A DNA stretch of 64,000 bases from Candidatus Margulisiibacteriota bacterium. Lineage in GTDB: Bacteria > Margulisbacteria > Termititenacia > CAZZFK01. This document shows positions 28,801-34,400 of the stretch, one piece after another. The stretch is taken from contig JBHPMC010000003.1 in NCBI GenBank assembly GCA_042562495.1, positions 20,752 through 84,751 on the forward strand, in the 5' to 3' direction. The position numbers and the translations under genes were made by a program. Numbering within the stretch: the first letter of the stretch is position 1; the number at the start of each line of letters is the position of its first letter. The notes below the pieces were generated by a model. The model searched no databases. It saw nothing but the letters and a program-made list of their open reading frames with translations, and had not been told where the DNA came from.

Positions 28801-29414
28801 GCGAAGTCGGAAGAAGGATTATGAGTTACAGAATAGCTATACATGGAACCAGAATATGTGGTTGCTGCTAACTCTCCGTTAACAGAGACGATCAACGAAT
28901 CGATGCTAACACCGGTTTCAGAATCAGAGATGGTGAAAGCAATGGAGCTATTGGTCGGAACATCAGAGGCTCCAGAGTCAGGATTTCTGTTGGCTATTGC
29001 AGGAGGAGTTGTATCTTCAACGGTTGTAAAAGAATAAATAGAGGTTTGTGGATTGCCAGAGACATCCTCGATATAAATATCTACAGTAACTAATTCTCCA
29101 TAACCAAAATCTGTTCCGGGATCGTAGGTGAAATTATAACTTGCCGGGACACCATTGCTTACAACTTGAGTAGTTATATCAATAGTTTTTACTTTTAAAA
29201 CTAAGGTATCTAAACTAACTCCGCTTTCAGTATCCCAAACATCAAATGAAATAGATGAATTTGTTGGAATAGCTGAAGCATCCGGAGCCGGAGTTTTGTT
29301 GTCGATAGTTGGAGCAAGAGTATCTGCTGCAAAAGCAATATTTGTACCTGTCATTACAACGCTTAGTAATAACAAGGTGATTGTTATAACAAACAGTTTT
29401 TTTATGATCCCCAT
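16878..29414 (-). CDS. Giant (4178 aa) secreted surface protein: Ig-like arrays, six right-handed beta-helix modules with Pmp-like GGAI/FxxN repeats, and a C-terminal FlgD-Ig/T9SS-CTD-like domain (cargo 2)
   Basis: Single uninterrupted ORF with signal peptide MGIIKKLFVITITLLLLSVVMTGTNIAFA. Six N-terminal (aa ~30-646) and six or seven C-terminal (aa ~3219-3945) Ig-like domains of ~100 aa each, with the pattern PPxI...P...A..V....I.F.I.D..SGV. Six beta-helix modules each end in DP.F......D[FY].L...S.A...GT......D..G..RP....YD[MI]G.YE (aa ~880-932, 1262-1313, 1879-1930, 2260-2313, 2635-2683, 3156-3217). Confidence 0.85.
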   Translation of the reverse strand: MGIIKKLFVITITLLLLSVVMTGTNIAFAADTLAPTIDNKTPAPDASAIPTNSSISFDVWDTESGVSLDTLVLKVKTIDITTQVVSNGVPASYNFTYDPGTDFGYGELVTVDIYIEDVSGNPQTSIYSFTTVEDTTPPAIANRNPDSGASDVPTNSSIAFTISDSETGVSIDSLIVSVNGELAATTYSGSMYSYSVTHNPSSDFAYGIPVTVEIEVKDISGNIQTDSYSFDIHQDTTPPAIANRDPDSGASDVPTNSSIVFTISDTETGVSIDSLIVSVNGAVVGTTYTGSMYNYSVTHDPSTDFDYGVPVSVEIEVKDISGNIQTDSYSFDVHQDTTPPNIINLSPADTSTNVSLYPTMSFDLTDQETGVNIDSLIITFNNFAITASSTFIDITGSTYNYHVDLPGLEELDLGTIYNLTVYIEDISGNINTSDTVFTTIPEVTPPNVFEKIPTPDSIDLSLITTISFGTFDEFPGIDTNSIIMTVNGKDISSEVYTEGDYLATINAYYVPTVNLPVNSIITVNISVSDSSGNITTDSWSFKTLAEVDPPTISAQNPAPGEQGIPINSTINFDVVDSYGVDISTLAVSVNGINVTDLITSSNSAITSYSVQYVPTTDFEYITWIPVEVSVDDIHGHTLTANYSFETELLTTVYVDINASPSGDGTIVSPFVTIAEGLQQISRFGEVIVYPGVYSENIVWPNKQGITLRSADIYAPFQVKIDGSAADSTIKISSSVSANIEGLVIQNGGNTVQGGGVFLNQGVSLNINNCIISGNAADWGAGIYQANNSSLFLTNSIIKNNTGSNASGIYTGDNVDNFFSNIIVNNNSSHGIYGGEQNIYNSIIWGNGTQLQDVTGIISYSIIQGGHAGTGNLSTDPLFVDTTNNDYRLQPSSLAIEAGTNLLSNIQVSENCQYDLIGIQRPQISNYDIGVYEHQNLMVSAIQPTPDSIDRPVDQIISFKIYDLLHSVASTSITVNVNSVEYTLGGPATLNITGSGSPTAALTITLAPTMNWATDSTINVTINAQNASADILSRAFKFNTELLKIYNSDHTPTRYYTDIQSALEDAEDDHTIWINDDTFSGSVNWDGSISSNITLRSTSSSPDTSIISANSFMVQNNSAELKNIIFKNTISLNTTTVNIDNIIVTASNSAGINITDTLITINRSIIASNIIGINKASGTLYLDNSLLVNNSSVGLINTAGYAQVRHCIVYNNGIGISNSGTLDAWNSIIWGNTTTGWSNSGAGTITYSDIQNPTSGTGNISSDPLFIDVANSDFHVSRNSPAFETGTAVNIPQYDFTNTRARLKGRYPDMGIYEELEVRLPLDLSYYYVNEAGNTENITSATNIYIKRKLAGSDLGSIKIIPSELGISIFDFDFSDLIITKNNEELPEINVASTSNLGTTVNSASPAVYVPLVLYNSVFSSKRPLLTLDIGFGPQTITNYNGSNRTSVPSSDYLNRIYNYVHTPAENKASFKVKKFSVYGSTFISTLNFTETNITNNAEATINLTVTVTDLLGSTVSGAPVYFSLVTGNGIIGSPLAYAGPTGIAQTAFGLPFGDSFHIVRASADGVIADPDALITGNALNYYAHNISASPNRHYLSIAEALADAALQAGHIISVDAGTYHENLSWPNKNNITLQGNGTVVLDGSNSDTVINVAQAVSLSIKNLVIQNGTSIGQGGGIKSDNQSAVLNMYDCIVSGNKKSALSMGSIANLNRVTFNNNIDNSVDGGAIYMGSTAKLTANNCSFLNNEAKKGGGFKSTTGGAATFNACYFEENKAVISDGGAGANYGKVKIINSIFVSNNALNSGGALYNINTDCKIINSTFFKNTAQVTGDSVQGAAQTNIINSILWNNRSGHGLKGTITVTYSDLQNWSGGGLGNITSDPMFINEGTFDLHLNPASMALDTATYSIGVITDFDGNSRPLGSGYDMGAYEAVPFNVVNVDQATGYSTIAQALASANAGETLEVNTGVYNENLTWPNINNITLKGSGFATSTSVVINGGGSARAIDVPTAIHLTIEKLTIRNGNATSSSGGGIRLAGGTTISLNNVIVSGNQASNITQGYGGGLSSFGGLVTVEADNSLFINNTAAMNGGAAALTAAEATFTNCSFVDNSDNNSNNGGGAIYRGNLTIEDCVFQNNTTSGTGGGGAIYKDSSERTTINNSEFINNSATAGSGGALYSGINIIVNSIFRSNSSGSNGNAITDGNNTIQHCVFVSNNAGGIAISGSNNDITNSIFSNNMPAGLVNINYSIFPGASTGIGNVSADPKFTNEASGDYSLLVDSPAIESGTDNILALADTDNAGHERPQYNLPDMGIFEYRSIYVIDHVPDKAGIDIPATTPVYLRIVDNSSTVDINLVTINFNSLVYKASGSNTFNYTDLSGATTANILISITPAVDLDKGKTYVATTDVTDQNGAGRQDILSFTIIAPEDVYISTGGNDTTGKGTMALPFATIQKGLDIVKENGTVSVLSGTYTENINWPNKQGVTLKGNTPNAYTAVILNGNNGLAIDLAQTVSANIYGLTITGGSTGIQVQSGAILQAEQLLISGNSTSGVSNNGTFMIQNSLVVHNGIGISNLSGETYISQVVLADNSTGIYNNASANVLNTIIWDNTSQINNIATILVQYSDIESGYAGLGNISVDPKFVNAGLDYSLMHSSPLIDQGTTSNISIDINGQARPQGDQYDIGAYEYQAPMIYSFDPLNNSQNVPADEPITLKIRDDDPGIDIASLIISINGTVYTELSSAVTYSGTINDYTVILDPDTAYPPETTVNVLIHIEDSLGNTTYIDDYSFFTQGALSTVYVSANAAAGGGGSYANPFNSIQNALNYLSDNNVTNGVAIAVTGNYQLTTKITWPTKPLNLTLKGISPAASSSVIIDAQNNDRVIIVGTFNGSNGTALTIEDLTIQNGNNVNEGGGIYLADNSALTLNNVIVSSNISSSYYGGGIYAYGEGIALYIVDSLFNDNTAVNYGGAIYKENGTGTIQNTDFIGNKSTNSHGGAIYNTSSGIYINGGHFTDNTANNYGGAIYSDNALDLEKAVFIGNESQYNFGSKGGAIYHNNQTARIINCIFAENKALNNTGQGAGIYNNDILYLNNNTFSENTCPGGSSDGGGLYNNNSATLRNNIFWGNTAATNPQISNQFSLNLKYSDIENWAGSEEGVITSDPKFISTPNYDFQLQPDSLAIETGTSVGSYIPAADILGITRPQLGRFVSAGATAQYDMGAYEKIADDNFPPEISDIYPAQNSTGNVNDTPIAFRISDTLSGVSIDTLQLEVDSQAVVPDQITLSGSDYLVTYNPVTTFNYNSVVPVTINVEDVSANSQTVTYSFGIGQAPPESTPPTFNSLDPLAGAVDVTLNPSINITIEDSGSGVSQDSIRLWVQELEVTNELSISGTTSSYQVSYTPSVDFGYGETVAVTASAYDLLDNPGSISYGFTIHADSTAPQFSSLSPTNGATSVSPTTPISLIISDSETGVSLDTIQILVAGIDLSASMDITGNMNSYTATLVTNDFGYLETIDLTVNAEDIGGNPGSISYSFQTIDDTNAPVISSLIPTRDTTNVAQDTNMSFTLTDIESGVSLDSIILEVNNVDVSASLNINGNAGQYTVSYTPELGYFETVVVTISAKDLRDNLVTDNFYFITEQDLTSPTIFGHNPQKSGAGAQDAPVNFSIVDLETGVSVDSVTIEVLDSGQGIITGDLVLNIVGSGPTYDASFTHDTDFGILSTIYVTINATDISGNAVVDEYNFISGQDNGDPFLSALSPLSGATNVSTNTTIVLQTYDNETGIQTGLIGVTVSVGGIPVAGGTVISGGPITYNITFTPAQTFNYNDTVQVAAQTADYGNPPNITNLNYSFSTETDTYPPAAPVLSSLPVPLAPATTNIGIFKISGSAEAGATVRIYNNGRLLGSSPVSTTGSFSLQVALRSPGYNTINATCIDNAGNLSPTSASQVVLTVEKVFQFISGDPSVNVTADITLPVGAVAYEAYVSFNLAPTENDTEAMSFLLPFYLELLDGALNPVTDPQFANPVIVTLNLGMSFNYPANQISIYYYNTSTSSWSNDGITIISFDGTTLVFSTTHFSKFAVVGLNVQSSLSALQTFVAPNPVNLHNDSIHFMYNINRNEANIKIYVYDISGQKIWETEEDVNSSSGEIAWDGKDQWGEILANGVYVAYIVATDGENRKVKRVKIAVLK
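16881..17159 (-). other. CTD copy 2
   Basis: FVAPNPVNLHNDSIHFMYNI...NIKIYVYDISGQKIW...GEIAWDGKD...ANGVYVAYIVA...KRVKIAVLK*. Confidence 0.65.
28410..29015 (-). repeat. Tandem duplication (2 x 303 nt) encoding two near-identical Ig-like domains in the giant gene
   Basis: aa 134-234 (DTTPPAIANRNPDSGASDVPTNSSIAFTISDSETGVSIDSLIVSVNGE...DSYSFDIHQ) versus aa 235-335 (DTTPPAIANRDPDSGASDVPTNSSIVFTISDTETGVSIDSLIVSVNGA...DSYSFDVHQ). The similarity is also obvious at the nucleotide level. Confidence 0.85.
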
Positions 29415-29507
29415 TTGGCTCTCCTCGGACAGTTAAAGAGCACCTTTTCCCTTTATGCTACTTTTATGCCCACTTATCGCCATTTTTATACCTATTTTTT
29501 TGGGGAG

Positions 29508-29537
29508 ACTATAAGAAATATATAAAGCCATCCCCAA
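29508..29537 (-). promoter_or_regulatory. Weak candidate promoter for the giant gene
   Basis: On the minus strand: TTGGGG, an 18-nt spacer, then TATAGT, about 95 nt upstream of the ATG. A chance match in AT-rich DNA is quite possible. Confidence 0.2.
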
Positions 29538-29628
29538 CTAGGCTCCTTTTCCTAACTATAATATCGGCTGATCATGTATTGATAATGTATCGATGAAATT
29601 TGGTGTATTTAAAGTATAATATTTGCCT

Positions 29629-30165
29629 ATGTATAAAGTTAAGATAAACAAGTCAGAAATAGCTTTAAAAATAGGTGATATTACTAAAGAAAAAGTGGAT
29701 GCTATCGTTAATGCAGCAAATAGTAGATTAGCTGGTGGTGGGGGAGTGGATGGTGCTATTCATAGGGCTGGTGGTCCTAAGATCATGGAAGAATGCCGGG
29801 AATATCCTGGTTGTCCTACCGGGCAGGCGGTCATAACCAGTGGTGGTAATTTGCCTGCAAAATATGTAATCCATACTGTGGGGCCCTACTACAGTGGCAA
29901 GTCTAAGGATGCAGAATTATTAGCTAGTGCTTATGGCGAAAGTCTAAAGCTTGCGGAGAAGAACAAAATCACTAGCATTTCATTCCCGTCAATTAGTACG
30001 GGTGTTTACCGCTATCCTTTGTCAGAAGCTGCGAAAGTGTCTTTAAATGCTGTTAGAGCTTATTTAAAGAAAGGGACTAAGATCAAACAAGTTAATTTTG
30101 TTTTATATGATCAAAGAACATTCGATGCATTCGAGAAAGTATTAGATAAAATATTCTCAGAATGA
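29629..30165 (+). CDS. Macro domain protein (O-acetyl-ADP-ribose deacetylase, YmdB-like)
   Basis: IGDITKEKVDAIVNAANSRLAGGGGVDGAIHRAGG and SISFPSISTGVY motifs. ATG 29629 is preferred to the track TTG at 29623. Confidence 0.85.
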   Translation: MYKVKINKSEIALKIGDITKEKVDAIVNAANSRLAGGGGVDGAIHRAGGPKIMEECREYPGCPTGQAVITSGGNLPAKYVIHTVGPYYSGKSKDAELLASAYGESLKLAEKNKITSISFPSISTGVYRYPLSEAAKVSLNAVRAYLKKGTKIKQVNFVLYDQRTFDAFEKVLDKIFSE

Positions 30166-31031
30166 AAAGCTATAAAGAACTTACGATCAAGGACCTAAAT
30201 GAAATATACGAAGATCCACTTATAGAAGTTTTAACACAGGTGGGGGCCAAGGGTGCTTTCTCAGAAAGACTAGAAAAATATCCACATAAAAATACTAAAA
30301 CTGTTAATATAAAGGCATACTTCGATCAAGATCTTGGCTACAGCAGAATAAGGTCGTTTTTAAAGCAAAGGCTAAATATTCTTGGTTTAAAAATTATTCA
30401 AAAAAGGATTAAAATTAGCAAATATTGCGCAAAAAAGACTAAAAATGCTCATAAAATGATTAAAATTGATGATATTTTGATAGTTTCTTCTAAATATAAA
30501 ATGGATGATAAAAATGACGAAAAAGTACTAATAATTGATGATTTTATGGCTTTTGGTACTGGATATCATGAGACAACCCAGTCTTGTTTAAGGTTGCTTG
30601 TCGCGTCTGTTAAGCCTGACTTAAAAACAGCTGATGTTGGAACGGGAACGGGGATCTTGGCTATTGCATGTGCAAAATTAGGCGCTAAGGCTGTATTTGC
30701 ATTTGAAAATAGTAGTGAAGCATATGAAATAGCCAAAGCAAATTTAAGGAAAAACAAAGTTACACAGAGAGTAAAATTAGTCAAAAAAGATATTACTAAA
30801 CAGTCTATTGGCAAGAATTATGGTCTAATCATAGCAAATCTAACACCAGAAATATTTGAAAGTATTTTAGGGCGACTCAAAAAAGCTCTCATAAAAAATG
30901 GCAAGCTGATCTTGTCAGGCATACATGAAAAATATTTTAATAAGTTCAGAAGAAGCCTTTTAAAACATAAATTGACTATTCAAAAAGTCAAAAAAAGTGG
31001 TGAATGGGCCACATTTTTAGTAAAGAAGTAA
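30162..31031 (+). CDS. prmA: Ribosomal protein L11 methyltransferase
   Basis: MAFGTGYHETTQSCL and DVGTGTGILAIACAKLGA motifs. ATGA overlap with the macro domain gene. Confidence 0.8.
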   Translation: MKSYKELTIKDLNEIYEDPLIEVLTQVGAKGAFSERLEKYPHKNTKTVNIKAYFDQDLGYSRIRSFLKQRLNILGLKIIQKRIKISKYCAKKTKNAHKMIKIDDILIVSSKYKMDDKNDEKVLIIDDFMAFGTGYHETTQSCLRLLVASVKPDLKTADVGTGTGILAIACAKLGAKAVFAFENSSEAYEIAKANLRKNKVTQRVKLVKKDITKQSIGKNYGLIIANLTPEIFESILGRLKKALIKNGKLILSGIHEKYFNKFRRSLLKHKLTIQKVKKSGEWATFLVKK

Positions 31032-31044
31032 TATTCAAAATTCC

Positions 31045-31074
31045 TTGACTTTAAGCCAAAAAATACGTTAAAAT
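31045..31074 (+). promoter_or_regulatory. Candidate sigma70-type promoter upstream of merR-family gene / 1864-aa cargo operon
   Basis: TTGACT (31045..31050), an 18-nt spacer, then TAAAAT (31069..31074). Confidence 0.35.
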
Positions 31075-31207
31075 TTGTTAGTTCAACTATCAACTTGCAG
31101 GTTTTTACCCCCATCAAACAAGCAGGATAGAGTTAATTTTTTTGTCTCAAATTTTTTATTGAAGCGTGGTAATGTTTTGCTTTGAAAATTTGGGGAGGGT
31201 ATTTAGT

Positions 31208-31450
31208 ATGAGCAGTAGTAATGGGGGATTACTTAAGGCTGGCGAACTTGCGAAACGCTTTGGCATCCTGACCAGTACGATCCGTTATTATACAAATATT
31301 GGTTTATTACAATCCGATGGGCGATCCCCCGGCGGATATAATCTATATGATTTTATGAAGGCAAAAGGTGCCTTGGATAAAATAAAGCACTTAAAGGATA
31401 AAAGATTTACATTAGATGAAATAAAAGAAAAGCTGTTCATAAAGGGGTAA
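31208..31450 (+). CDS. Short MerR-family HTH transcriptional regulator
   Basis: AGELAKRFGILTSTIRYYTNIGLL HTH motif. ATG 31208 is preceded by GGGGAGGG, so it is preferred to the track GTG at 31166. The gene ends 4 nt before the 1864-aa gene. Confidence 0.8.
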   Translation: MSSSNGGLLKAGELAKRFGILTSTIRYYTNIGLLQSDGRSPGGYNLYDFMKAKGALDKIKHLKDKRFTLDEIKEKLFIKG

Positions 31451-31454
31451 GGTC

Positions 31455-34400
31455 TTGGCAAAAAGAATAATAAAGCTTTTTATTTTTTCTTTATTTATTG
31501 TGTTCCTGGGAGCATCAGGCACGTGTGCTTTTTATAACGGCTCTCAAGTTGGCGATACTCCGTGGGCAGGGATTCCAGCCCCGGGTGCTTTATGGGTCTC
31601 TGGAAATGTCAGCGGCTGGGGGAATCTTTATCAAAGAATAAATGATCAGCCGGTAGCCTATACAACTACTTTAAAGCTTATAGAAACATTCATTCCTGCC
31701 AATGTGGCCAGGGGTAGTACTGTTACTGTTTCTTATGTTATGGAAAATACCGGGGATGATACCATCTTAGTAAATGCTGCATCGCTCAGCTTTTTCCAGG
31801 GATCGATCAATCCAGTAAATAATATCGGCTCGGAATATACTATTACGCCGCTCACTCCTATAGGCTTTAATTTGCTGCCCAATACTTCAACAACTTTTAA
31901 TTTTTCTGTATTTATTGCTACAAATGCAACGACCGGGAGTATTGTGGTCGATGGTGTAGCCACCGGGAATGCCAATGGTTCAACGATCGTGGATGACATT
32001 TGGCAGGATATTACCGGGGCCTGGAATAGCGCGGCAATTACTGCTAATTCCTGGAATGTATGGGATGGCGCTATAGTAACAGTTACTTCGGTTGTGGTGC
32101 CTCCAACCCGCAGTATCAGTACAACTGCAACTTTTAATGTCACGGTTAATATTTTAAATACCGGCGGAGTTTCTGCGAATCTATTTGTTCCGTCTACAAA
32201 CAATCTGGTCTTTTGGCAAGTAAGTGATATCTCAACGGATTACAGTATCGTGGCACCAGCAGCAATGGTTGGCGGGGGATTAGTTCTTGGTCCAGGAGCA
32301 AGTGATACCCTTGTTTATCAAGTGGTTTTCTCAGCAGATAATTCCCCGCCGATCACAACCGGCAGTATTGCTGTAATAGCTTCGATCTCAGGCACAGGAG
32401 ATATTTTAGCCAATAATATTACAGGGGTTGGTACCGGCAATTTTTTTGTAGAAACAGCTGCTTCTTTATCGGTCTCTGCTATTGACATTGTTTCACCAAA
32501 TGGGGCCCAGGATTTTATTTTAAGTGCCGGGCAAAGTTTTGTTGTTTCGGTGAATATCACAAATTATGGGGAAGCAGGAATAACAGGGCCTGCCCAAGTA
32601 CAGTTAGCCGTTCCTGCGGGATATACACTGATCAGTCCTGCGATCCAGTCCTTTATGGCTGGAGGAGATGTTACTTGGAGCGTAACAGCTACAAATACCT
32701 TTCTCAGCTTAGATGTTATTACGGTAAATATGAATACAATACCATTGGATGTTAATAATCTAACAACGGTTCCTGTTAATCCAGCACTAGTGACCGCTGG
32801 ATTAACGATCGAAAAACCTGCTCAGCTTGAGAATCAGACCTTGGCAATAAGCTCGCAGAATTTTCTGGCAGCTGAACCTCAAGTTCCGCCAATAGTGATC
32901 ACCTTGAACGTGCAGAATGTGGGAAGTGCAGATGCGATTCTAACGCCAACAGCATCAGATCTGGTCTTTACCGTAAGCTCAAATCCTTGGAGCGGCTATA
33001 CAGTAACTATCCCGTCTTCAAGTATCTTTATTGCCGGTAATGGCGATACAAAAGATGTGGTCTATTGGCTGACCTTGACCGGAACTCAAATGGGGTGGGG
33101 CACCTTAAATGCCACAGTATGGGGTATTGATCAAAATTCTAATGTGCCTACAGAAAGCTATTGGCCTACCGGAACGTGGCCAGGAGCTGCGGTAACATTT
33201 TATGTTACCGGCAATACAGCAATCGTAAACGGCCAGGTCTATACTGATAGGAATCCGATAGGATATCTGCAGCCTTTTCAGGCGTTTGTTCCCATAACAA
33301 ATAGCAGCACAGATATTACGGCTAATGTTACGCCTTCGGATAATGATCTTATTATTTGGTTAACTGCCTTTCCTGGTGTTGACTTGACAGTGAGCTTCAA
33401 TGTCTTGGCTGCTTCAACGACACAGTTCCAGTTATTTCCAGGCCAAAGCACTGTAATAACCTATAACATTATTCCATCAGCAGATGCTATCGATGGTATT
33501 TATAGTATCGGGGCGCGCAGCGGTGCTCCGGCCGCGACCAATAATGCTAATGGACAGAGTGTTGCCGATGCCTCGGGAGGCATACCTACAACAGATGTGC
33601 GTTACGATACGATCTCACCGAATGTTATTGCAGTGTCTACAAATGTTCAAACACCTGTTGGTCCTACGAACAATTTTATTTTAATAGCACGTTTTGATGA
33701 GGAAATGTTGCCGTCTTCAACTCCAGTAGTATCTGTTCAATGCGCAGGGGCTACTCCAAATATCGTAGGCGGTACTTGGTCAACGATTGTATCGCAAAAT
33801 GATACTTATACATTTAATCCTACAACAATACTTGCGGGGAACGAAGGCTGGGTCACGATCTCATTTACGGGAGGTGGGCAGGATCTGGCAGGCAATTATC
33901 AAGCTACAAGCAATTGGACCTTTTACATAGATGCCACAGCTCCGACTTGTGCTGTAACGATAAATGCAGGTGAAGCAGTAACAACTAATTCATTAGTCAC
34001 TTTAACTATTGAAGGCGGAGATGATATTACAACTCCAGGCGCATTACAGATGATGATCTATGGTGATGTGTCGGGCAATCCTGGGATAACTGTTAATCAA
34101 TTTATCCCATATCAGCAGACCGTTACAATTAATTTAGATACTATTATCGGGACTAAGAATATTTATGTAGTAATGCGTGATGAGGCGGGCAATATAAGTG
34201 TGACGGCTAACGATGATATTTTCTTGGATTATGCGGGAGCGTATTTTGTATCGCCAAGTATGGGCGAAGCGATCGGCGCGACCTATAATCTTAAGGTCAA
34301 TAGCTCTGCTTTTTCTCAAGAGATCTATTATTACTATATAGATTCTTCAGGGAATACTACTAATTTTTATGTAGATACCTCACCCGGGCCGCCATACCCG

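Noticed and set aside
17604-29037. Numerous 60-125-aa ORFs on both strands inside the giant gene, and likewise inside 31455..37049 and 41182..44505.
   Set aside because: All are nested within long ORFs that have coherent domain architecture, so they are typical shadow ORFs.
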